Origin: Chiloscyllium plagiosum
Lineage: Eukaryota
DNA length: 63,758 nt
Assembly: GCF_004010195.1 (NCBI RefSeq)
Contig: NC_057718.1
Coordinates: 78,916,676 to 78,980,433 of the forward strand
Reading direction: 5' to 3'
Shown: positions 11,183-21,772 of the stretch, one piece after another
Layout of the letters: each line of letters starts with the position of its first letter
Numbering within the stretch: the first letter of the stretch is position 1
Translations under genes and position numbers: made by a program
Notes under the pieces: model-generated
What the model was told of the DNA's origin: nothing
Databases searched by the model: none
What the model saw: the letters and a program-made list of their open reading frames with translations, nothing else

Positions 11183-11439
11183 GAAAGTGAGGACTGCAGA
11201 TGCTGGAGATCAGAGCTGAAAATGTGTTGCTGGAAAAGCGCAGCAGGTCAGGCAGCATCCAAGGAGCAGGAGAATCAACGTTTCAGGCATGAGCCCTTCT
11301 TCAGGAAGGAGCCCTTCCTGAAGAAGGGCTCATGTCCGAAATGTCGATTCTCCAGAAGGGCTCATGCCCGAAACATCGATTCTCCTGCTCCTTGGATGCT
11401 GCCTGGCTTGCTGCACTTTTCCAGCAACACATTTTCAGT
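11183..11439. mobile_element. Short palindromic PLE-derived element (family A), opposite orientation, with internal tandem duplication
   Basis: Inverted arms, 15-bp TSD tcagtactcagagga (11168-11182 / 11440-11454), 32-nt tandem duplication at 11322-11385. Confidence 0.85.
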
Positions 11440-11629
11440 TCAGTACTCAGAGGAAAGCCTTACTCTATCGCGAATCTATCAGCAGCAAATGTGAAAGTGT
11501 ATGTGCCTGCGATTGAAAGAACAGCTCCTTAGAGTATCTGTTCATTCTACTTTGAAAGACAACCTTTTTCTGATTGGTCATCGCTGTAATAGATTTTTCC
11601 CATCAGTTTTGGAGAATTCAGGATTGACT

Positions 11630-12066
11630 TTGGCTGCCACCTCTGTGTATTTTGAGCACTGTTGTGGGTTCAAGTCCACTCAAGATTTGAGCACGATATC
11701 TTGTACAGACCCTCCAATACAATATTGAGGGAATTCTGGATTGTCAAAGGTGCCATCACTCGGATGACAGGATAAAACAAGATACAGTCTGTCCTGTAAG
11801 ATGATATAAACAATCCCTTGTCACTGTTCAAAGAGCAGGCGTGTTATCCTTTGGTTTAACCAATATTTGTTTCCTCAACCAATGTTACTAAAACAGATTA
11901 TTTGACTATTTGTTACATTTTTGATTGTAGGAGTTTTCTGTATGCAAATTTGTTGCAACATTTCCAATATTACAATAGTGGCTATTCTTCTAAAGTACTT
12001 CATTGACAGTACAGTACTTCGGGATGTCCTGAGGTAATGAATAGAAAATGGAGATGCAAGTCTTTT
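11630..12066 (+). mobile_element. DeuSINE (SacSINE1/AmnSINE1-like), old
   Basis: B-box ggttcaagtcc, Deu-domain-like ccaatattt...cctcaaccaat...aaaacagattat, tail aagtacttcattg...gtcctgagg...atgcaagtcttt. Family assignment is from recall. Confidence 0.7.
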
Positions 12067-12194
12067 GGGATTGGAGGGGCAGTGAGAAAACTGCTGAGTT
12101 AGGTTCTTGCTCTTAAATTAAATGCTGATGACCAACAAGAGTAGCCTATAAAGTATGACCTTAAATAAATTGCATGCACAAAATTTGAATGGAA

Positions 12195-12615
12195 ACATTC
12201 CCCTCTGCAACTGAAGTCTTCTCACCACGTCAATAAACTGATCTTTTCTTCTTCAGCAAATGAAGCTTCCACCTCCTCCAGTCAGTTACTGAGGCACCAC
12301 CCCCTCAGCAACTAAAGCTTTCCCACTTCCCCTCCTTCCACTCAGAAATCTACATCTCTATATCCATCATCAACGCAAGCCTCATTCCATTGGTAACTAA
12401 AGTGACTGCCTTCAAAAGACTAAATTTCCCCTTGTCAGCAACTGAAGCTCCCGTTCCCCCTCAGCAACTGTAGTTCTCCCTCACTCAATGACTCGCTCCC
12501 CTCACAACTCAGCAACCAAAGCCTCGGCCTTCCAACATTTGGAACGTTCTCCTGCAACTGTAGTTTCCTGTGTTCCCTGTCTCCATCCCCATGTTCTCAA
12601 TAACTGAGCTTCCCC
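12195..12615 (+). repeat. Degenerate irregular repeat array of a CAGCAACTGAAGCT-like motif
   Basis: About 10 variants (ctgcaactgaagt, cagcaaatgaagct, cagcaactaaagct, cagcaactgaagct, cagcaactgtagt and others) separated by C/T-rich spacers. Confidence 0.6.
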
Positions 12616-12616
12616 C

Positions 12617-13265
12617 TGTTAAGGACTGGGCCAGGCACCCTCAAAACATTTCAACAAGTTAGCCCAGACCCAAACTTTTCTAGTTGATTTGAGCAGGTGT
12701 ATAGTGGATATTCCAGGAGTGATGCAGCTGGCCAACCACTTAGTTTTAAACAAAACAGAATTTTTTTGCAAGATTACGGAATGAAACACAAACAAAAAAA
12801 GAATAGAATCTAGTATAACATAACTACTTAAAAATTCAACAGACTATCCCAACTTAATGATGTTGTTCCAAATACTTACAACAATTCCCATAAACACTCC
12901 TTGGCAAAAAAGGTAACATCAAACACAGGGGTTTACAGGAGAGATGTCAGAGAGAGATATATAGCACAGGGATTCAGCATGAAATACCTTCTTCCAATGT
13001 AGCTGTTTATCTGAGCAACAGCCGAAAAACTGACTGACTGCTTGCTCTGAACAGCCAGACTGTGAAAACCCAAACCAAACCAAACTGGAGTAAAGCTGAG
13101 CTGGGAGAACTGGCCACTTCCCTTTCATTGTACACGCCTTTAATTTTTAAACTTAAAAGCTTCTTCAAATAGATCAAGCCAGACATTTTGGAACCTGTGT
13201 CTTGTAAAGCACTTTTGAAAAAAACCGAGGACAACACAAGATGTTAAAGGAGCAGAATTGTCACA
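12617..13265 (-). mobile_element. Solo LTR, about 650 bp
   Basis: TG...CA termini and TSD CCCC. Both ends match the reverse complement of the LTR at 15915-20586. Confidence 0.75.
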
Positions 13266-13554
13266 CCCCCAAGCAAGTGAAAGCTCCACCGCCCCCTGAC
13301 AAACCACCATCACTATTCTGCTCAGCAGCTGAAGTCTACTGCCTTCATATACTACACTCCCAAATATTAAATTGTGAAACAAAATTGTGTCATACTGGGA
13401 AAAGGGCAGCACCTCCAATACTGCAGCATTCTTACTGGAGTTTCAATCTCGATATTGACCTGTTGGATTTTGTTTAGTGTGGATCTTTTTGTAGTGGTTC
13501 CTGTGAAAATATTCACTATGACTAACAATCAAAACAATAATTTTTGGGTTAAAA

Positions 13555-13780
13555 AAAGACAGAAAACTGCAGGAGCTGGAAATTTGAAATCAAAACAGAA
13601 ATTGCTGTAGAAAATCAACAGGTGTAGCTGCATCTGGGGTGAGAAAATAGAGTCAACATTTCGAGTCTTGTGACCTTTCTTCAGAATCAATTCTGAAGCC
13701 TTAAAACATTAACTCTGCCTTCTCTCCACAGATGCTGCCAGGCCTGCTGAGTTTCTCCAGCAATTTCTGTTTTTTCATTT
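13555..13780. mobile_element. Older palindromic PLE-terminus-derived element
   Basis: aacagaaattgctg...gcatctg / cagatgctgccaggcctgctgagtttctccagcaatttctgtt inverted arms. Similar copies at 39830-40045, 38170-38260, 41315-41400 and 56365-57020. Confidence 0.65.
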
Positions 13781-15424
13781 CAATAATTTTTAGTGTTCAT
13801 TGTGAGGGTGCAGACATCACCAGCATGGGATGGTAAAGTACCCCGTGGCTGAACAGGGAGAGGATAGTGATTTTAGTTCACCCTCAGGATGGTAAAGTGC
13901 TCCACATTTGATCAGGGAAAAAGAAGAAAAGGAATGACATCAAATAGGATCTGGCAGGATCTGAAGTCAGGACTATAGTTGACTAAACATAAGAAATGAA
14001 TTGACCAAATGTTTGAAGTTAAATGGAACCCCATCAATCCACCTGTTTTGTAAAGAGGGTGATTAAAAAAAGGAAGGAGAAACAGTGAAGTCAAGGCCTT
14101 AATATTAATCTTTTGTGCTCATGTAGAATTAACAAAATACCTGAATCATTTGAGAGAGAAACAAAGATTGTCCAAATTAATGCCAGTTGGGCCAATATTT
14201 GCGACCCCTGAATCAAACTGAATAATTAAAAGACAAATTCTTTAGTTGGCAGATATTTATCACTGCTGAGAGGTATGAAGATAAACTGCCTTGACATGAT
14301 TGTGTGCTGCTAGTTTGGAATGAGAAAAGTTGGATGCAAAATTAGTTGTGAGATGCTCAAGCGAGCAAACCAAAAGTTAAAAACTGAGATCAGAAGAAAG
14401 TAAGAAAGTATTCACAGTTATAGGAGAGAGAGAGAGAGAGAGAGGGCGGCCAGCCTTTTGTGCTATGGTCCCTGAACTGAATATTAATTCTTGATGAGGA
14501 GCTTATGCTTGAAACATTGTCTCTCCTGCTCCTCGGATGCTGCCTAACCATCTGTGCTTTTCCAGCACCACACTCTCGACCTGTTAACGCTTTATGTTCA
14601 CTTTCGTTTAGTAATTGTTAAACATTGCCATGTGTAATTTATGTGCTTTCATTCCTGAAGTACAGATGTGGGGATACTCTGAGTTCACTTTATATTATAG
14701 GAATGTATGATGATATGAAAGAGTAATGTGTGTATTCTTATCAATTTGGTTATTGTGAGGACCTTTTAGGAACTATCAGTGGTCATGTAAAAGGAAGACC
14801 TACTACAAGATGTTTATTTAAAATATGTTTCTCAGAAGCCTGGTTAAAAAAAACTTTTTGGTATCATTTGAATGAAGCCAATTGAAGAAGAAAAATTAAA
14901 TTAAATGACATACTTTATTTCCTCTTCCCTTAAAATACTGCACAATCCGTGTTATATTTATTTTGAAAGAAGAGTCCAGGGTAAATATTTAACTTCAGAT
15001 ATTTTATGATTGAATTATCATGGTTGGAACTTCATTTCCTGGCCAGAGTGAACTTCCAAATGTTATTTTAACTATGAGTGAACCTTTAACTCTGGATGAT
15101 AAGATTTGCTCATCTTTAATGTTGATTGGTGCGAATTGTGCTCTAAAAATAGTGAAAATTGTAATTTTGAAAATGTAATTTTACTTGGACAAAATTATCT
15201 GATGATATGTTTTGAAATCTGAGAAGACAGATATCAAGGAATTGAAAAAAGTAACATCTAACAAAGGAGGTGGGCTTTCCTTTGTTCAGGAAAGACTTAT
15301 AATACATGGCCCTTAATTCTGTATGGAGGAAAAGGGGCTGTTTACATAATTACTTGCAAGAGTTTTCACCCAGCCTCTTTAGATCAGCAATAAATTATCT
15401 GCACAGCTCAAAGAATTTATATTG

Positions 15425-15755
15425 ATTAATTGATTGATTTATTGTCGGGGTACCGAAGTACACTGAAAAGCTTTGCCTACAAGCAGTACAGACAGATCAT
15501 AGTAAGCAAGGATGTACAGATCAAAAAGACTTAGACAGAGGCATACAGGTTACACTGCACAGGGCATGCATTAGGCCAGATCAATGTTAGCAAGATCAGC
15601 ATTATTTGAGGCGCGAGAGTCCTTCTATAATAACAGCCGGGAAGAAGCTGTTCCTGAACCTGTTGGCCCATGTGTTCAAGTTTCTGTATCTTCTGCCTGA
15701 CGGAAGAGGTTGGAGGAGATCATTACTGGGGTGAGAGGGGTCTTTGATGATGTTG
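15425..15755 (-). mobile_element. Rex1/Babar-like LINE 3' end
   Basis: (attg)n tail, then gggaagaagctgttcctgaacctg and cttctgcctgacggaagagg, typical of the Rex1 ORF end (LLPSGRR). Confidence 0.65.
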
Positions 15756-16507
15756 GTTTTATATATATTCAATACACATAATTTTTACCGACAGGGATAC
15801 TCGGAATAATAAACCAATTCTGCTTGAAGTGGAATGGATGGATATTATTCTGTTTTTCAGACACCTGCAGATACAGAAGATTTTTCCAACAGCTTTGAAT
15901 TTCTGAGTTTGGCTTGTGATGATGCTTCCACTTTAAGAGGTTATTTTGTCCTGTTTTTTTTTTAAGAGAGGTTGTAAGGCTGAAATATGGAGCAAACTAC
16001 TGAAGACCACTTGAGTAAACAGCTTGGGAGGCTTGGGATTATTTAATGTAGCTTGAATGGGTGTGGCCAGCTCTTATAGATCAGGATTTCTGAGCAGCAT
16101 CAGAAGCTACTTGGGGTTTCAAAAGAGCTGGTAGCTTCAGTGAATGTCTCCTGGCTGCTACACTGTATGAATTTTCTCTTGATGTTTTCCTCCTGGATTG
16201 AAGAACTGCACATGAGAATCTGTGTCTGAAGTCTCCTCATTTGCCAAAGGATGTGTTTGTGGAATGTCATTATATTCATGATTTGGAGACACCGGTGTTG
16301 GACTGGCGTGGACAAAGTTAAAAATCACACAATACCAGGTTATAATCCAACAGGTTTATTTGGAAGCACTAGTTAGCGAGGCGTTGCCTCTTCATCAGGT
16401 GGTTGTGGAGCAGGACTGGAAGACACAGAATTTATAGCAAAAGGATACAGTGTCTCGGAGTTGTAGTGATATATTAAACACAATTAGATTAAGTCTTGTA
16501 TCTTTCA

Positions 16508-18903
16508 AATTAAAAAATCACACAACACCAGGTTATAGTCCAACAGGTTTATTTGGAAGCACTAGCTTTCAGAGCGCTACTCCTTCATCAGGTGGTTGTG
16601 GAGTACACAGTTGTAAGACACAGAATTTATAGCAAAAGTTTACAGTATGTTGTAACTGAAATTATACATTGAAAAATACCTTGATTGTTTGTTAAGTCTC
16701 TTATCTGTTACAATGACCTTGTTAGTTTCACATCTTTCTTAATTAAAACGTACAACTTGTTTTAAAATGTTACATTCTCAAATGAACTTTAACAATTGGT
16801 GTCAGCCCAGATAACGTATTGGGAATTAGCGCCACTGTATGCTGCTGTCTGTGCCATAATGTTTAGATTGATTCTCATCTAAAAAATGGATTAATAGAAT
16901 CTTACATGGATTCATGCAGTTTTTGAGCAAAGCACAATGTAACTCTGCAAGTACAAATTCACCCTACAAACTTATATCTGTGTATCTGTGCATGTGGGTG
17001 TGTATTTTGGGCGGGTNNNNNNNNNNNNGTGGGTGTATATTTTGGGGGGGTGGGGTGGGGGGGGGGGGGTGAGTGCCTGTGAGAGAGAGAGAGAGAGTGT
17101 GTGTGTGTGTCTTTGTATATATCATATATATAATATATATAGTGCAATGGTAGTCACCTGTAGTGTAACATGAGCCCAAGGTCCCGGTTGAGGCCCTCCC
17201 TATGGATACTGAACTTAGCTCGGCTACTTTTTTGCTGCTGCCTGTCCCGAAGTCCGCCTTGGAGGATGGTCACCCAAAGGTCTGAGGTCAAATATCCTGG
17301 ACCACTGAAGTGTTCTCCAACTGGGAGGGAACCCTCTTGTCTGTTGATTGTTGTGTGGTGCCCATTCATCCGTTGCCGTAGCCTCTGCTCGGTTTCACCA
17401 ATGTACCATGCCTCAAGGCATCCTTGCCTGCAGTGTATGAGATAGACAATGTTGGCTGAGTCCATGGGTACCTGCCACGTAAATGGTGGGGGGTGTCCCC
17501 ATGTGTAATGGTGGTACCCATGTCCATACTCCGACACGTGTTGCGGCGTCCACCTTGACAGGGTTTTATGGAGTTGTCCTGAAAGCTGGCCAGTTTGCTA
17601 CGAACAATGATCTGTGTGAGGTTTGGTGGTTGTTTAAAGATGAGAAGTGGAGATGTGGGGAAAGTCTTGGCGAGGTGCTCATCCTCATTGATAATGTGTT
17701 GCAGGCTGCGAAGATCATGGCGTAGTTTTTTGGCTCCTGGGAATTACTGGACAACAAAGGGTATCCTGTCAGTTGCAGCACGTGTCGTCTCCTGAGGAGG
17801 TCATTGTGGTACCTTGCTGTGGCACGTCAGAACTGGCAGTCAATGAGTTGAACATCGTTCCTCCGTTCTTATGAGGGCATCCCTGAGTACTTCCAGGTGA
17901 CCGTCACATTCCTCCTCATCTGAACAGATCCTGTATATGCATAGGGCTTGTCCAGAGGGGATGGCTGTTTTAATATGTTTTGGTGGAAGCTGGAGAAGTG
18001 CAGCATTGTGAGGTTATCCGTGGGTTTGCAGTAGAGTGAGGTGCTGAGGCGCCCATCCTTGATGGAGATGCATGTGTCCTAGAATGAGACAGATAGTAGA
18101 GAGTAGTCCATGGTGAGTTTGATGGTGGGATGAAACTTGTTGATATCACTGTGTAGTTTTATCAGTGACTCCTCGCCATAGGTTCAGAGGAAGAAAATAT
18201 CGTCAATGTACCTGGTGTATAGTGTTGTTTGGAGGTCCTGTGTAGAGAAGAAGTCTTGTTCAAACTTGTACACACACAAACATACTCCTAATGACACACT
18301 CACACATGCACCCTCTCACAGACTTAGACCCCTTTACACGCACACACACACTCTGTCACAGACACTCACACCCACACACCCCCACCATCCCTGCTTTCCC
18401 CCCCCGCCACACACACACACACCCACATGCACACATACATATAGAAGTTTGTAGGGTAAGTTGTACTTGCAGAGTTACATTGTGCTTTGCTCAAAAACTG
18501 CATGAATCCATGTAAGATTCTATTAATTCATTTTTTAGATGAGAATCAGTCTAAACATTATGGCACAGACAGTAGCACACAGTGGTGCTAATTCCCAATA
18601 CTGGGCTGACACCAATTGTTAAAGTTCACTTGAGAATGTAACATTTTAAAACAAGTTTTACGTTTTACATAAGAAAGATGAGAAACTAACAAGGTCATTG
18701 TAAAGATGAGACTTAACAAACAATCAAGGTATTTTTCAATGTATAATTTCAGTTACATCACACTGTAAACTTTTGCTATAAATTCTGTGTCTTACAACTG
18801 TGTACTCCACAACCACCTGATGAAGGAGTGGCGCTCCGACAGCTAGTGGTGTGATTTTTAACTTTGTACACCCCAGTCCAACACCGGCATCTCCAAATCA
18901 TGA
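16508..18903 (-). mobile_element. Penelope-like element (family B) with RT/GIY-YIG remnants between long inverted arms
   Basis: Minus strand reads YTRYIDDIFFL (about 18200) and IVYLIHCRQGC...WYIGETEQRLRQRMNGH (17154-17537). Inverted arms about 600 bp. 13-bp near-TSD cttgtatctttca / cttgcatctttca. Confidence 0.9.
16559..16596 (-). ncRNA. Minimal type I hammerhead motif, family B
   Basis: CAC-CUGAUGA-A-GGAG(UAGCG)CUCU-GAAA-G-CUA-GUG: intact core, CAC/GUG stem I, palindromic AGCU stem III. The mirror copy at 18812-18850 (+) has GACA in place of GAAA. Confidence 0.7.
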
Positions 18904-19288
18904 CTTGCATCTTTCAGAATGGAAAATCTGGTTTAGGCTCTTTAATATGTAAATTTGAGAACTCCTTTTGAATTACATTCTCAAGGTGGCTTCAGTTTAA
19001 TCTAACAATAAGTGTTATCTTAGCTCAGACAATGTATTAAAGGTGCAAACTTAAAGTCTGTCCCAATGTTGAGTCAGTTTTATTTCTAAAGTGGGACTAC
19101 AGAAACCTACATGGATTTTTTTCAATTTTTATGCAATTTCAGAATCCTATATGGATATATGCAATTTTTGAGCAAAATAGAATGTAATTTTGCAACCACA
19201 GATCCATCCCGTAAATTTATATGTGTGTGAGTGCACTCTGTCTCTCCTGCACACGCACACATATAAATTTATGGGGTGGATCTGTAAT

Positions 19289-19611
19289 TAGATTAGATTA
19301 GATTCCCTACAGCGTGGAAACAGGCCCTTCGGTCCAACAAGTCTACACCGACCCCCCGAAGAGTAACCCACCCAAACCCATTTCCCTCTGACTAGTGCAC
19401 CTAACACTATAGAAAATTTAGCATGGCCAATTCACCTAACCTGCATATTTTTGTACTGTGGGAGGAAACTGGAGCACCCGGAGAAAACCCACGCAGACAG
19501 GGGGAGAATGTGCAAACTCCACACACACAGTTGCCTGAGGCTGGAATTGAACCTGGGACCTGGTGCTGTGAGGCAACAGTGCTAACAACTGAGCCACGGT
19601 GCTGCCCGCGC
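19289..19611 (-). mobile_element. HE1-type V-SINE
   Basis: Full head, V-domain and tail with (attag)n. Confidence 0.9.
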
Positions 19612-19825
19612 CGTTGCAGAATTACATTTTATTTTGCTCAAAAATTACATAAATCGATGTAGGATTCTGAAAGTCCTACTTTAGAAATAAAACTGACTCA
19701 ACATTGGGACAGACTTTTAAGTTCACACCTTTAATACATTGCCTGAGCTAAGATAATACCTATTGTTAGATAAACTGAACCTACCTTTAGAACGTAATTT
19801 AACAGGAGTTCTCAAATTTACATAG

Positions 19826-20147
19826 TTGATTAGCTTCCCTATAGTGTGGAAACAGGCCCTTCAGCCCAACAAGTCCACACTGGCCCTCCGAAGAGTAACC
19901 CACCTAGCCAGAGTCATTTCCTTACATTTATCCCTGACTAATGCACCTAACACGATGGGCAATTTCACATGGTCAATTCACCTAACCTGCACATCTTTTG
20001 GAATGTGGGAGGAAACCAGAGCACTTGGAGGAAACCCATGCAGACACGGGGAGAATGTGCAAACTCCACACAGACAATCACCCGAGGCTGGAATCCAACT
20101 CACGTCCCTGGCGCTGTGAGGCAGCAGTGCTAACCACTGAGCCACCC
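19826..20147 (-). mobile_element. HE1-type V-SINE
   Basis: Head, V-domain and tail present. Confidence 0.9.
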
Positions 20148-20642
20148 AATGTATCCCAAGAGCCTAAACCAGCATATCCCATCTTAAAAGATGCCAGACT
20201 TGATCTGTTTGTTTAATATATCATTACAACTCAGTGACACTGTAACCCTTTCGCTATAAGTTCTATGTCTTCCAGTCCTGCTCCACAACCATCTGGTGAA
20301 GAGGCTGCACCTCGAAAGCTAGTGCTTCCAAATAAATGTGTTGGACTATAGCCTATTATTATTAATCTATGTATTATTCTGTTACGTTTATTCTAAATTC
20401 CTCTTTCTTTGGCTATATTTTAACTACAGTGTTTAAATAAATTGCGTTTTGCTTAACGTTGAGTAGTTTGATCAGTTGCTTTGCATCTGGTACAGACAGT
20501 TTACATTTGCCTTTAAATTAAGAAAAGATTAGGGTCTAGGCTATGTTCTTAAAATATTTTGAGGGGATCAGGTCTGGTCCATAGCAGGCTGCAGAATTAC
20601 AATGCTCCAACACAGTGATGGATGAGTCTTCCTCAACCCATT

Positions 20643-20834
20643 AAGTTACAAAATCACACAACACCAGGTTATAGTCCAATAGGTTTATTTGGAAGCACTA
20701 GCTGTCATCTACCTGATGGAGGAGCAGTGTTCCGTAAACTAGAGCTTCCAAATAAACCTGTTGGACTATAACCTGATGCTGTGTGATGTTTAACTTTGTC
20801 CACTCCTGTCCAACGCTGGCTCCTCCACATCATG
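20643..20834. mobile_element. Short palindromic PLE-derived element (family B)
   Basis: Inverted arms caggttatagtccaataggtttatttggaagc / gcttccaaataaacctgttggactataacctg with a degenerate hammerhead between them. Flanking repeat tcaacccat. Confidence 0.8.
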
Positions 20835-21376
20835 TCAACCCATAAAGCCACTCGTTAATGCTACTCAGTATCAGATAATTATTATGAAAATATTAAATAT
20901 ATTGAATATCAGACATTTCAAAACCACTAAGCCCAGGCATATTTAAGCATATCATTACAAGAAATTATATTCAGATTTGCATGGTCTGGCATTCTACAAC
21001 ATTTAAAGTGAATAGTTACCTGAAATTTAAAAGGACTCTGGAAAATGATAAATGCGTGCTCACAATCTCAGTGGTTTCAATGCATGGAAAACAAAAGTAT
21101 CTTTGAAAGAGTGCATGAAATATTAAATTTGGACAGTTACATATAGATACATCAAATATCCAGAGAGAGCTATCAAGGAACTTTTTAAAATAAAAGTCAT
21201 TTAAGAGAAAGAAGGAACAATGTATGCTATTGCCTGCAATCAAACAGAAATGTTTGACTTTTGTTTTAAGATATCATAAGACTATGTTTCATTGGACCGC
21301 AAATGTTTCCAGGGCTGAAGAATGAGATAGGATGGTGACTAGTTGAGTTGCAAGTTGGATGAGAGTGAGTGATGAA

Positions 21377-21580
21377 GGGTTTCCTCTGGGTGCTCTGATT
21401 TCCTCCCACAGTCCAAAAGATGTGCAGGTTAGGTGAATTGGCCATGGTAAATTGCTCCATAGTGTTAGGAGCATCATTCAGAATGAAATGGGTCTGGGTG
21501 GGTTACTCTTCAGAGAGTCAGTGTGGACTTGCTGGGCCAAAGGGCCTGTTTCCACAGTGTAGGGAATCTAATCTAATCTG
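21377..21580 (+). mobile_element. 5'-truncated HE1 V-SINE
   Basis: 3' half of the V-domain plus tail. Confidence 0.85.
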
Positions 21581-21746
21581 AAACTACTGCAAAAATATGC
21601 TTCTTTTGCTTTATACTCTGGACAGTAAGGTTTCTCCAGGGTTCCTGAATCAGTTGTAAAGGTCATTAATGGGGCTACATTTAGTTTACAAGTATAGGAA
21701 GGGAAAAAATGTGATACAGCATCAAATGGAAATGGGAATAACTCAC

Positions 21747-21772
21747 CTTGGGTGTGGTCAAATGGAATATAT
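21747..21772 (-). other. Candidate 26-nt exon of the minus-strand gene
   Basis: Consensus donor AAG|GTGAGT. Acceptor gaag| has no pyrimidine tract but is preceded by CCTTTAAT (U12 branch-like). Lies in non-repeat DNA. Confidence 0.3.

Larger units (their letters stand above)
16277..20354. mobile_element. Non-coding fold-back PLE derivative (family B), outer element
   Basis: Left arm 16277-16507 plus 18904-19230, right arm 19250-20354 (interrupted by two SINEs), symmetry centre at about 19240. Confidence 0.8.
15915..20586 (+). mobile_element. Solo LTR (15915 to about 16277 plus about 20355-20586) holding nested PLEs and SINEs
   Basis: TG...CA termini, exact TSD GGCT (15911-15914 / 20587-20590), same family as 12617-13265. 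Confidence 0.8.

Noticed and set aside
12195..12615. CRISPR-like repeat-spacer appearance
   Set aside because: Vertebrate DNA, short degenerate repeats, irregular low-complexity spacers, no cas genes.
21160..21182. Second TTCCTTGAT branch-like motif on the minus strand
   Set aside because: No AG or AC at a usable distance downstream.
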